Assembly (NCBI GenBank): GCA_001179505.1
Contig: CDMY01000459.1
Coordinates: 1 to 64,000 of the forward strand
Reading direction: 5' to 3'
Length of the DNA stretch: 64,000 nucleotides
DNA from: Vitrella brassicaformis CCMP3155
Taxonomy: Eukaryota > Protista > Chromerida
This document shows, in pieces, positions 12,195 to 23,602 of this stretch. How positions within the stretch are numbered: position 1 is the stretch's first letter; each line of letters opens with the position of its first letter. The notes under the pieces were generated by a model that saw nothing but the letters and a program-made list of their open reading frames with translations, was not told the DNA's origin and did no database searches. The position numbers and the translations under genes were made by a program.

Positions 12195-12692
12195 GAGACG
12201 AGGGTCAGACAAGCAGTCAGACAAGCAAAGCCGGTGGAGTGGGGTCGGGAGGGAGGGAGAGGTAATTCAGCGGCTTGTCTGAGTGAGTGGCAGTGGCAGT
12301 GCATGCATGTGAGGCAGGGGTCTGTACGTATACAGCGTTACATACATACATATGTTTACAGCATCCTGTGGCCCTCGACAGGGCCGGTCGACAGGTCACT
12401 TGTATGTATAGCAGTCCCTATGTGTCTTTGGGTTGGTTGGCATCGCATTTCGTTCTCTGATGCTTGCATGTTCAAGTTGTTGACGAGTGAGGGATGAAGA
12501 CCATCTGAGTAGTAGACAGATTTAAGCATTCAATCGATGCATGCACTCAGGGCCTATCGCAGCTCAACCTCGGCTCCCATTTGGTTAGTGCAGATCTGCA
12601 GAGGGGATTGAGGCCCATCGGCATTTGCCATTCTAAACTTGCAGATCCACACCGATCTCCCCCTCTCCCCACCAATGCTTCCCTCCAGATCT

Positions 12693-15600
12693 ATGACAGG
12701 AGGTTGTCAGCTGCTGGCCGCTGCCCTCCTACTGGCCGTCACGGCAGTCCGTGCACAGGTCAGTGATGTGTGCGAGTTGCTCGAGTCAGGCAGCAAGGAG
12801 CTGACCCTCAACAAGACCAACGTGCATTGGGGCTTCTTCGACAACACCCTCGAGCCCAAATTGTGCGTCAAGAAAGCGAAAAAGCACGGCATGTGTTGAT
12901 CTCGTGTGTGTGTGTCTGTGCGTCAGGTACGTCAAGAGTGGGGATGAGGTGACGATAGAGATGGCCACACACCAGGCGTGTGATGACTGGGACAAAATGA
13001 TCGGTACGTACAGCACTCTTCCCGTGGGACACGGCAGCGAGATCTGGCGCTCATGTGGGTGTGCATGCAGGCGATGACGAGGGTCTACGATCTATCTATG
13101 ACTGGGAGACCGGCATTCCCTTTGCCGACCGGTTCGCCACGCACATCCTCACCGGGCCCATTGCCGTCTGCGGCGCAGAGCCAGGCGATGTCCTGCAGGT
13201 ACCGCAACTCAGTCGCCGTCATATCGACAAACGTGCTGACGTGGCTGTTGGTAACATGTTGTGTGCAGGTGGAGATCATGGATCTGCAGCCAAGGCCAGG
13301 CCCCAACGGCACATCTTATGGCAGCAACATGGGCGGGTACGAATCACTCACTACCATGAGTGAAAGACTACGGCAAACTGGACAAGCTCAGGGAGATTGC
13401 TTGCCGCTCACATTATTCAGATTTTGGGGCTACCAGTACCGTGTGTTGAATCGTGAAGGAGAAGTCTGGAAGGCCGGCGAGAGGACAGGGCACGAAGACG
13501 AGCCTGATGAAGAGTTCATCGCCATTTGGTACACCCATCCACCCACCCTTTCACCCACCCACCGCACACGTGTGAGAGTCTCGTGTATGTATCTTATGTG
13601 TTTGTGTGCAGGAGGCTGAGCGAGGAGAACGGCACTTGGTTCGGGGAGCTGGACTACATGTTCGACTACCCATCAATCATTGACCCGACAGGGCGGGTCT
13701 CCACCTTCCGAGTCAAGCCGGGCAGCTGCGTCGCTCACACATATGAGGGCTTCTCTGCCGTGGTGCGCATGCACTGCACGGACGTACTTTCATGGATGGA
13801 TGGACTGATGTCCGTGTGTGTGTGTGTGTGTGCGTCAGCCGCAAGAGATGGGTTTTGACACGGTGGCCCCGATCAACTACACCAAGGACGCACCCCCATT
13901 CAGGATCAAACTCAATCCGCACATCGGTAGGTTGCCCAGCCACCCAAGACGCCCCACCAACACCAACACATGGCTGCCTGTCTGTCTGTCTGTCTGTCTG
14001 CGCACAGGCAACATGGGCCTGGCGCCTGACTATGAGGGTAAGGTCAACTCAGTGCCGCCGATGGCCTCGGGGGGGAATCTCGATGACAAACGCATCGGTC
14101 CCGGCACCACCATGTACTATCGAGTGGAGGTGCCTGGCGCCCTGCTCTCGCTCGGGGATGCACACGCGGCACAGGTACTCTCATCAACCACATGTGCCAG
14201 AGAGAATGAGAGCCGCATGCACTTGTGTGGGTGGCTTGGTATGGTGTCTGCCAGGGCGATTCTGAGCTTGACGGGACCGGGGTCGAGACGAGCATGACGG
14301 CAAAGCTCAAGATCACGCTGCTCAAGCAAAGTGAGGGTCGATACTTTTGACGCCATTCGGTCGGTGGTCGCGGTGGACCGTGTGTATGTGTATATGTGCA
14401 TGTGTATGTGTATGTGTGTGTAGATGAGCTGCCCTTGTGGCTGGTCAACATGGAGCAGCCGATCGGGGAGACAGCCGACGAGTACATCATCCACTCATTC
14501 ACGCGCAGGAACTTCCTTACCGAACTGGAAGACCCCAACACTGACGTCTTCCAGTAAGCAGGGGCACGTGTGTGTAGATATATATGTGTGTCTCTGGTGA
14601 CCCCTCCTCCCGCCCCGTCTCTGTCCCTTTCTCTGTGTCGTGTGCAGAGTGTCCAACTTTGACGACGTCATGGCCAACACCCTGCTCACGGTCCGTAATT
14701 TTCTGATGGACCGGTACGGTGTCGCCGAGCACGAGGCGCCCGACATCATCTCGCTCGGTGTGAACTTCGGCGTCACCCAAGTGGTCGACGGCAACTGGGG
14801 CGGCCACGCACTGGTCCCCAAGAGCATCTTCCCGCCGTATGAGGGCTTCAAGGGCTTCACAATCCCCGAGCAGGAGCCCGGCGGTGAGTGAGCCACCACC
14901 CACCGACCCACCCACCCACACACACACACCCCGACACATCCGTCGTGAGAACAATCTTCTGTCTGTGTGTTTTCCTTCCCATCAGCCGGCCTTGAGCCAG
15001 TGGTGGTTGGCCCTGTTGACGCCGATACAGCCGAGGAGGGCTGTGCGGTGCCGCGCGGCTACAAGGAGCTGCCTCTCACATTCGACAGTGTGGGTGCCTT
15101 CGGGTTCTGGAGCAAGAACATCAAGCCCCGTCTGTATGTGCACAGTGGGGACATGGTGCGCTTCGAGACGGCGACCCCCCTCGGCTGCAGCGATTGGGAC
15201 CACGTGAGCATACGCACACACACCCACGCGCTAGTGGCTGGCTGTGATCAAGCGGATTTCTGTGCGTGCAGATCTCTAAGGGCGACCCGCCGATGGAGGC
15301 CATCTTCAAGCGTGACGGTGATGGCACCCCGCCCCTGCAGAAGGACGGCCGCATGTTCCCGGAACACCTTGGGCACGTCCTCACTGGGCCCATTTACATC
15401 TGCGACGTGGCGCCTGGGGACATCGTCAAGGTGAGAGCGAATCATGACAGATTGACAAACAGACAGACCGCTACACTGCACACCAATGTGTGTGCGTGCG
15501 TGTGTGTGTGCGTGTGTGTGTGTTGTGTGTGTAGGTTGAGTATCTCGACATGAGGCCGCGCGTGAACCCTGCGGGCAGGATGTTCGGACTCTCCGACGGG

Positions 15601-17203
15601 GTGTTCATCGGCTACCAGTTCCGCATCCCCACGCGTGACGGCCGCACCCTGGTCTGGCCGCCAACAGCCGAGCTGAGGTCCGACTCTTGGGGCAGTCTCT
15701 GGTCAGCACTGCGCCTATGCACAAACACTTTGTGCGACGATCGGGCCACGTGTGTGTCAGGGAGATGAAGCGAGACGAGAGCGGCGGCTACTACGCCGAG
15801 CCCGAGCACTTTTATCAGTACGAGGTGGTCACGTCGCCCACCAACCAGACTTTGTATGATTTCGAGTGGTGGTGCACTCCACACAACTACCCCAACAGCA
15901 GCGGAGACGTCCAGTCGTGGTCAGCAAAGGCGAAGCATACACACGAGGAGGGAAACTTCTCTGTTTATGTGCGTGTCTGTGTGTGTGAAATGCCGATGTG
16001 TGTGCAGGGGCTGGTCCTCGAAAGAGCTGGAGTACCTCCCTCCCTCCGTCAAAGTGAGTGCACACCAATCACTGCACCCACACATGAACACGCGACCCGG
16101 GGTGTCTGTCTGTCTGTGTTGCGTCCTCAGGTGCGCATTCCCCTCCTGCCGCACTTCGGTTGCTTCGGCCTGGCCCCCGAGACCTACCCCGAAGGCGACG
16201 ACAAGATCAACAGCATCGCGCCCATCGGCCGTGTCGGGGGCAACATGGACGAGAGGCTGTGGACCGTCAACACCACCGTCTACCTGAAGGCAGAGGTGCC
16301 GGGGGGCCTCTTCTCGGCTGGGGATGGCCACGCTGTGCAGGTGGGTCGGTGAGTGAATGAGTGAGGCAACCAGGGAGGGAGGGAGGGAGGCAGGGGTGAG
16401 AGATCTCTCGGCCATGTCTGTATGTGTGTGTCGGGATGGATGCATCAGGGTGCGTCTGAGTTGGACGGTACTGGCCTGGAGGTGTCCCTTGACGGCACCG
16501 CCATCTTCACCGTCATCAAACAAGGTACGTACGTCATGTATGTAATCGAAGAGAGAGAGGGAAAGTCTATTAGAGAGAGAGGACACTAAACAGCTGCGTG
16601 TGCTGCCCTCTCTGCAGGCACCCCTGAGTATGACAAGGCTATGGAGTCCCTCGATGCCCCACTCGGCGAGACCGACACACACTGGATTTCCCTGGGCCTC
16701 TCTGTGGAAAACTACCTCGGTCGGTAATCAAACAGGCAGAGGCACGCACAAATGTCCCCTAAAGTGTGTTAGTCTAATCGGTCGGTTGGCTCATCAGAGC
16801 ACTTTGCTGCCAACGGCGAGGGGGCCGACCCTTTTGCTGCGCTGGCTGCCGTGACTGGGTACAAGCCTGACGAGCCCGACGGCGGGCTGGAGGACGGCAG
16901 TGGGCCGGAGGGCAGATATGGCGCAGTCAGGAACACCTACATCAACGCACGCAACTTCGTCATGGTGAGGGACGGAGGGGGAAACAAAGGAGGAGAGACA
17001 GTGACACAGGGCTCTCTCTGTGCGTCTGTCTGTCTGCCTGTGTGTGTCAGGACAAGTACAACCTGAGTGAGAAGGAGGCCCTGGCTGCTCTGACGGTGGC
17101 GGGCGACATAGCTCTGACCGAGGTGGTCGACACAAATATGGCCATGCACTACAAGATCGACAAAGGCATCTTCGACGGCATCGTGCAGCAGAGGCGGCAG
17201 TAG
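12693..17203 (+). CDS. Secreted acetamidase/formamidase-family (FmdA_AmdA) protein with two tandem domains
   Basis: Signal peptide MTGGCQLLAAALLLAVTAVRA. Domain 1: VHWGFFDN..VKSGDEVTIE..HILTGPIAV..AEPGDVL..GGNLD..GDAHAAQGDSELDGTGVE. Domain 2: VHSGDMVRFE..HVLTGPIYI..APGDIV..GGNMD..GDGHAVQGASELDGTGLE..QVVD. TAG at 17201-17203. Confidence 0.9.
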
Positions 17204-17805
17204 ATGAACATATGGATGGACATATCTCTGTGCGCTCGTTGAGTCGCGCCGGCTGCGAGCGAACGACTGACTGACTCGTGTGTTGAGTGCTGCATTGCCT
17301 GCCTGCCTGCCTGCCTGCCTGTGAGAGCATGTCTACAGCTGTCTGTGTGTTTGTTGCCTATTTGCCTATCTATTGCTCATGCCGTGTGTGTGTGCGGTTT
17401 ATGTAAGTATACGTGTACGTGCGTGGATGGCCATGGTGCACTCATGTGCCTGTCTGCTCGTTTTGACCACGCACTGCCTGCCTGCCTGCACTGGATGGAT
17501 GGACTGGACGAGGGAGGACAGACATCGCAGCTATCGTAGCACACACAGGTCGGTCAGGTGTGTGTCTTTGTACACACACTGACCTGTATGTGTGCCTTGT
17601 GCGACGTGATGCATGACGTGATGTATCTGACAATGAGTGAATGAATGCCTCCCTCCCTCGCTCCCTTTTTGCACCCCGTGCATGAGCGATGTGTGTCAGC
17701 ATATATGTGTGTGTGTGGATGGATGGATAGATGGATGGATGGATGGATAGTGATGAGTGATTGACCTGTTTTGTTTTGTTTATGTCCGGGGTATGTCGAG
17801 CCATG

Positions 17806-19510
17806 AATGCCGAGGCAGACGGGTCCGGGAGAGGTGAGACAGAGAACAGCCAGGCGCTGAGGCTCGTCATGCGTGCTGCTCTGAGTGAGTAGGGAATCCG
17901 TAAAACTGAGTGCCTCCCACCCAAGCAAGATCTTTCACTCGTAAGCAACAAGCAACCAAGGTTCCTGCGATCGTTCTGTGTCAAGCCCCACCTGGACAAC
18001 CACAACACCTGACCAATGGGATTCCACAGCCAGGCGTTCCGCCAAAGAAACGTGCTGGTCTACGACACCTCGTACGACGGTAACACACGAGAGGGCCTGA
18101 ACGGACAGCCACCCCCCCGCATGTGTGAGCCTTTTCTGTGTGTGGGGGATGGGTGTTCAGGGACTTTCGTGGGGGAAGATGGTCGAGCAAGTGCGTCCAG
18201 CTTTTCCATGGGGGATGGGTCACGTACCCAGATATTCAGACGGCAATGGCCCAGGGGCCCCCCCATGCCATGAAGCAGCGCTCGTACAACTCCAAAGTCG
18301 AGGTTCTCCACTCATTCAAAGGTGGGAGGGAGGGGATAGATAGACTGAGCACTGGCAGAGTCTGACCCCCTCCCCTCCCACACAAACACACACAACACAA
18401 GCACTGCTTCATTTGTCTCTCCCTCCCCCGCCCTCCCCCTCACTAAACAGGTCAATCGTTCTGCCTGGCCTTCACCAGCGAGCCAAGTAGGCTGCTTCTG
18501 AATCACAGTTTCGCCAGAGAGGCAAGGAGGGCCAGTGAGTGTCACACTTATTTCTCTTGGTCTCGCCAGATCTGCCCAAGCTCGTGTTCGCGTTTGGGAC
18601 GGAAAAGGCGATGAACGAGGCCCTCATCCGCGAAGTGGACTATCAACAGGGACTCATGGAGATGATGAACCCTCGCGGCTATGACCGCAGCACTGACACG
18701 TAAGGCAGAACCTCTCCCTCCCCCTCCCCACTGCCGTCACTCACACACACTCCTTGGATCTGCATGTGGGTCTCTTTCTGTGATGGATGGATGGATGGAT
18801 AGGTACAACAACTCCTTGGCTTCGGGTTTGACCTCGCCCCGCTCCAATAAGACGACGCTCGTGATGCGCCCTGTCGAGCCCAGCCTCGACAAGAGCCCCA
18901 GCGGTGCGGCGGCAACGGCGGCTGCAGCGGGCAGTGTTGCCGACGACGTCAAGCAAGAGAAGGAGGAGAAGCCGGTCGGCGAGTCCAAGGACACGCAGAC
19001 GGAGGCCGTCAAGACTGGGCCCACCGTCAAGGAAGCCACATAGGAGATGATCAAGGGAGACGATGAGAAGCAATACGTCAAGAAGGCCGACATCGACAGT
19101 GAGTGACACGCAGGAGAAACGGCACAAAGACAATCTGATCACATCACTTGTCTTCTCGCTTGCCCCTTCTCCTTTTTTCCTTCAGATCTGAAGAAGCTGA
19201 GTGGTGAGTTGACGAAGTGCATCGCGGCCATCGTGAAGACACCGGCCGTCACGGCAACCCCGACACTGCCCAAGTCGATCTGGACGGACATCACCAACAA
19301 ACCCACCACCACCACAACAGCCACCACTTCCACCACCGCCACCAAGGGCGCTCGTCGACCGCCACTGCTCCTGCTGCTGCTGCCGCCGCCCGGGCCCAAG
19401 AGGGACCTGCCCCTGCTGCCGCTTCGGCGACGAGCACCACCACCACCACCACCGGCCGCCAGGTTCGATTTCCTTATCAAGTGCCTTATCAAGTGGAATC
19501 TGTGGGGTGA
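17806..19510 (+). pseudogene. PH-like-domain gene with an in-frame TAG (19041-19043) and an apparent frameshift (~19350)
   Basis: Phase-consistent exons give RDFRGGRWSSKCVQLFHGGWVTYPD...KVEVLHSFKGQSFCLAFTSEPNLPKLVFAFGTEKAMNEAL (PH-like spacing). KEAT*EMIKGDDEKQYVKK continues in frame past the stop. The natural-looking Ala/Thr tail ending QVRFPYQVPYQVESVG* is in a shifted frame. Confidence 0.55.
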
Positions 19511-20514
19511 AGCGCGGCCCCAGCCAGTCGGAGGGGGGGCTGGGGATGTGTCTGTTGGGATCGGGCCACAAGTGAGTCAATCAAGAGTGGCCGGCACGAA
19601 CGAATCTTTTTCTGTCTGGCTGCCTGCCTGCCTGTATGGTCCTGTGTGATTGATACTGATCGATGTGATGGCTGAATGTGTGTGGTTGGCTGGCGTGCCA
19701 TGCTGTGCTTTGCTGGGCGGTGGGAGAGTGTGGTGATGGCATTGTCAGTTGGTGTGTAAAGGCGCTATAGCTACCATAGCGATAGGGAGTACGGTACAGA
19801 AGCAGTCAGTACAGTGCAGCACTTTTGCCCGACCCATCAACGGTTCAGCCAACGAATCAGTCAGTCAGTCAGTCGGCAGTTTTTGAGTGGGTGAGGGAGT
19901 GAGAGCCTTTGAGGCAAGCCATCGGTTGCGTGCTGAGGGCCTCTCACTTCACCTGTGTGGATGGATGGATGGATGGATTCGACAGGTACCTTCTTGAACG
20001 TGCGTGAGTATGGATGTTATCTGCTGTTCTCCAGGGCCTGTGTGTTTTTTGGTTCATCGTCTGGCTGTCCACCGGCCTGTCTGTCTGCCTGCCTGCCTGG
20101 CTGCTTGCCTGGCTGCCTGTCTGTCTGCCGCTAGTCAGAGTTGCTCTCTCCTGTGCGCACATCCGTCCGTCGGCCGCAAGGAAGGAAGAAAGAAGAAAAG
20201 AGCACAACGGACGGCAGCTCAGAACAGAACAAAACAGAACACACACAGAGTCAGAATGAGGCAGAGTGACAACGATCGTCGGACGAGTGAGTGAACAACC
20301 AGACTCAGACTCGATCTCGATCTCTCTCTCTCTCGAGAGGACTTTTTCGTTATGGCAATCGATGGCCATGCCCATAAGTAAGGTCATCAATCATCACATT
20401 ACACACGCCACACACACACATACACGGCGTCTGACGCATCGATCCGGCAGCAGTTCTTACACAAAAATAATCGGGGAGGGTCCGTCCGTCCTTTCTGCCT
20501 TGGCTGATCAATAG

Positions 20515-21424
20515 TCACAGTCGATACGCGATGTGGCCGGCCCGTGTGCTGTATATCGGCAGCCCTTGTAGGGCTGGTAGCTCACCGATGGATGACAGCT
20601 CCAAAGTGTCCAACTGCACACACGAACCACAGCACACACACATGGATGACGCCCTGTGTGTGTGGCTCGGGTGGCTGACCTTGATGCAAGATATGGCCCA
20701 GCCCTTGACCGAAAACGACACATCAGTCGCACACACGCACACACATTAATGACACAAACACATTGAGGATAAATTTATTGATCAACACACAGATGGGTGG
20801 ATGGTAACCTACTTGAGCTCCTGGGGCGCGACGCTGCCGTAGTAAGCTGCCCTCCTTAGCGCCGTCATAGGTCAGCTGATGGATGGATGGATGGATGGAC
20901 AGACATGCCATGCATTCATTCATCGGCGGGTGGATGTGTGTGCCGGTTTACCCTTCCCTCAGCATAGTGGGACGGCGGCTGCTGGTCGGAACTCAGCTTG
21001 GGGATGCTCCACAGTGAAGGGACATACCTGCACACACACACACGCCTATCTCTGCCAACCTGCCAGCGATTTCCGTCTGCCTGTCTGTCTGTCTGTCTGT
21101 CTGTCAGGCCAGCCCCTCTCGGCATGGGTCTGCAACAGATCCAGGAAAGGATCACAGACGGAGCGGCCGATGCGGCCTTGGAAGTGCTTCTCGACGATCC
21201 CCTCTCGGCATGGGTCTGCAACAGATCCAGGAAAGGATCACAGACGGAGCGGCCGATGCGGCCTTGGAAGTGCTTCTCGACGATGAGACTCCTGCACAGA
21301 TACAACAAAGCAGATGGCGTGTGTGTGTGCCATGAATGAGATCTCTCTTGTCTATCTTGTCACGGCCGTTGCGTATCTTGTCACTCACTCACCCAGCGTC
21401 GTTGAGTATGAATAGGGCGTCCAT
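20515..21424 (-). pseudogene. AP3M (fragment): AP-3 complex mu subunit relic: N-terminal and C-terminal ends only, middle deleted
   Basis: MDALFILNDAG|SLIVEKHFQGRIGRSVCDPF matches the mu3 N-terminus. LWSIPKL...LTYD...VSFSVKGWAISCIK|LDTLEL...YSTRAGHIAYRL* matches the mu3 C-terminus. Only about 140 codons remain versus about 420 aa for a typical mu3. Confidence 0.7.
21113..21284. repeat. Perfect tandem duplication, 2 x 86 bp
   Basis: 21113-21198 and 21199-21284 are identical (cccctctcggcatgggtc...cttctcgacgat). The length is not a multiple of 3. Confidence 0.96.
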
Positions 21425-21590
21425 TTGCACACACCACCCTCCCGCCCTTCCCGGCTTCCTGGCGGCGGCTTCTCCGATCGCCTCGTATGCGAGCTTAAAA
21501 GACGACGAGAATGGAGCAGTGGTATCAGGTTGTGAAGAGATCTGGCTGAGGTGCGAATAAGAAGACGGAGTCGAGCCTCAAGAGAGAGGA

Positions 21591-22997
21591 ATGAGGCTGG
21601 AAGCAACGGCTGAGGCTGAAGGCATGAACCCAACATGCGTCCGTGTCGCTCCTCCTGCCCCGACTGATCCCCCAGACGTCCTCAGACAATCAGCTTCTAA
21701 AATAGGCGTTCCAACGAGAAGGTCAGCGGAGTCATCGAAGCATCCATCGGAGGCTGAAGGAGATGGGGAAAGCGGCGCTCGGCTCTCAGATATTCCCACC
21801 ACCGCCTCGACACCGGTCTCCACCCCTGCAGTGGACGGCCGAGTTTCAGTTGACGCGGGAGGTGCTCTGCTGCAGGGTGATCTGTGGGGCTTTCTGGAGC
21901 TGGAGATTGGCTGTATGACCTTTCCGCTGACGGACTATCCCCGGAGGCATTTCCTTGTCGTCATCGGCCTCGTCCTGATCTATGCAGTTTACTGGTCGGG
22001 GGGCCTCATCCACCTTATCCTTGCCAGTTCCCTCGGGGACGAATACTCATTCGCGGTGCTTGTGATTCCAATTGCAGCACCGTCGTCTGCGATGGCCCTC
22101 GTTGGATTGGGAAGTCTCTGCGCATCGCCTTTTTGGTGCCTCACTCGATGCGTCATATACTTATCGATCTTTCTCACCATTTTCCTATCCTGGATCATGT
22201 TGTTAAGCGTGGTGGGTCTTTTCAAGCTCGACACTCTCGACTTCGTAGTTACTTCCGCTCCCGACAGCCTCGGCTGGCGCGTTGGCACAATGACGTGGGT
22301 GGCCGGTGCGGTGCTTCTGCAGTTCACCCTGTTCATCGTCGTCTCGGAGCCTCGAGTCGTCCGTGCATCGGCCACACCGACGGGTGGAAGGAAACTGGAC
22401 GTCGACTACGACCGAATCTCATGCTGCGGCCGTCGGGCAAGGTGGAAACCGTCGGCGACGGCCGAGCGGATAGCCAAGGCGCGGCAAACAGAGCCCTTTC
22501 TGTACCGATCGGTGGTCAATCGGTGGCTCAAGTGGATGGATTATCTTACGTTCATTCGCTTGTACAAAATGCTGGCCGTTGTCGCGATGGCCACCGACTT
22601 TATGACTGACGCGGCGGTGGGAGTGGAATTCATCACCTGGTCGACGGAGGACAGTCACGAAAGAGACGCGCAAGGCTTAGAAGGAGAAGCTCAGCGCATC
22701 CGAGCTGTCGGCTTTGTCATCCTTGGGCTATCGTTGGGTGACGTCGTGTCGGTCTTTATTCACTATGTCATCCGCGGCACTCCATCGCTATGGCAACACC
22801 TCTGCATCGTAGCCTTCGCCCTGCTGGAAGTGCCCATCTTGGTGCTGACGATTGTGTGGGCGACGGAGGGTATCAATTTGGCACTGGTCATTGTGTCTGT
22901 CTTCTTTACTTCTATAACGATTCTTTATCGAGTCGGGTCGTTCGCATGGAGCATGTATATGCGGCACAGAGACGAAATGTCGAAAAATGATCAATGA
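21591..22997 (+). CDS. Intronless multi-pass membrane protein of unknown function (468 aa)
   Basis: A single 1.4-kb ORF without microsatellites, with about 7-9 hydrophobic segments in two clusters (e.g. FLVVIGLVLIYAVYW, IYLSIFLTIFLSWIMLLSVVGLF, LALVIVSVFFTSITILY) and a Ser/Pro-rich N-terminus. Confidence 0.65.
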   Translation: MRLEATAEAEGMNPTCVRVAPPAPTDPPDVLRQSASKIGVPTRRSAESSKHPSEAEGDGESGARLSDIPTTASTPVSTPAVDGRVSVDAGGALLQGDLWGFLELEIGCMTFPLTDYPRRHFLVVIGLVLIYAVYWSGGLIHLILASSLGDEYSFAVLVIPIAAPSSAMALVGLGSLCASPFWCLTRCVIYLSIFLTIFLSWIMLLSVVGLFKLDTLDFVVTSAPDSLGWRVGTMTWVAGAVLLQFTLFIVVSEPRVVRASATPTGGRKLDVDYDRISCCGRRARWKPSATAERIAKARQTEPFLYRSVVNRWLKWMDYLTFIRLYKMLAVVAMATDFMTDAAVGVEFITWSTEDSHERDAQGLEGEAQRIRAVGFVILGLSLGDVVSVFIHYVIRGTPSLWQHLCIVAFALLEVPILVLTIVWATEGINLALVIVSVFFTSITILYRVGSFAWSMYMRHRDEMSKNDQ

Positions 22998-23602
22998 GGT
23001 GAGAAAACAAGGGCAAGGGGGGACTGAGAGACAGATCTCTGTAGAATGTGTCATCTTGCTCATGTGTGATGTCAGCGAAAGCCATCAGTGGTGTGATGGC
23101 GCACTCTTTACATATGGAGGTATTTTCTTCGTGTCCCAGTCAATCGTCCTTTTATGCCATGAGATGCAGCGTACGGTATGGACGTAGGTTAGGTGTGTTC
23201 GGTTGAGTTTTTTTTGTAGTCCAACAGTGTGTAGTTCCATGCCCTTCAGCTGGTTTTAGACGTGCTGTCACATTCTTGCTGCTGTGGATCGATACTGTGT
23301 TCCTGGACCGACGGGGCGTTACGGATCTTTCGCATACACTCTGTGCAACCTCAATCTGTTACTGGGCCTCACACTGCACACAAGTTGAGCGAAGCCATCC
23401 AACACAGCAGTCATCGGTCGCACATGAAGGCACGGTACGCACCCACGCAGACACACGACACGAGCATCCAGAGCCACACACATCATCCCACATCCCCACC
23501 TCCGCCCCCACCGTTGGGTCTGCCGAACGACAGACGGCACACCGACATAGAGCTGGCCAAGGCGCTAGTGAACCAACTGCTGCTGGCACCCCGCTTGCCC
23601 CT

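Noticed and set aside
19041-19043. TAG as pyrrolysine or a genetic-code reassignment
   Set aside because: TAG is an ordinary terminator in other genes here (e.g. 17201, 33399, 55609), and a second lesion lies nearby.
21113-21284. 86-bp direct repeat as a CRISPR array, LTR or minisatellite
   Set aside because: Only two abutting copies with no spacers, and the unit is exon sequence of the AP3M relic.
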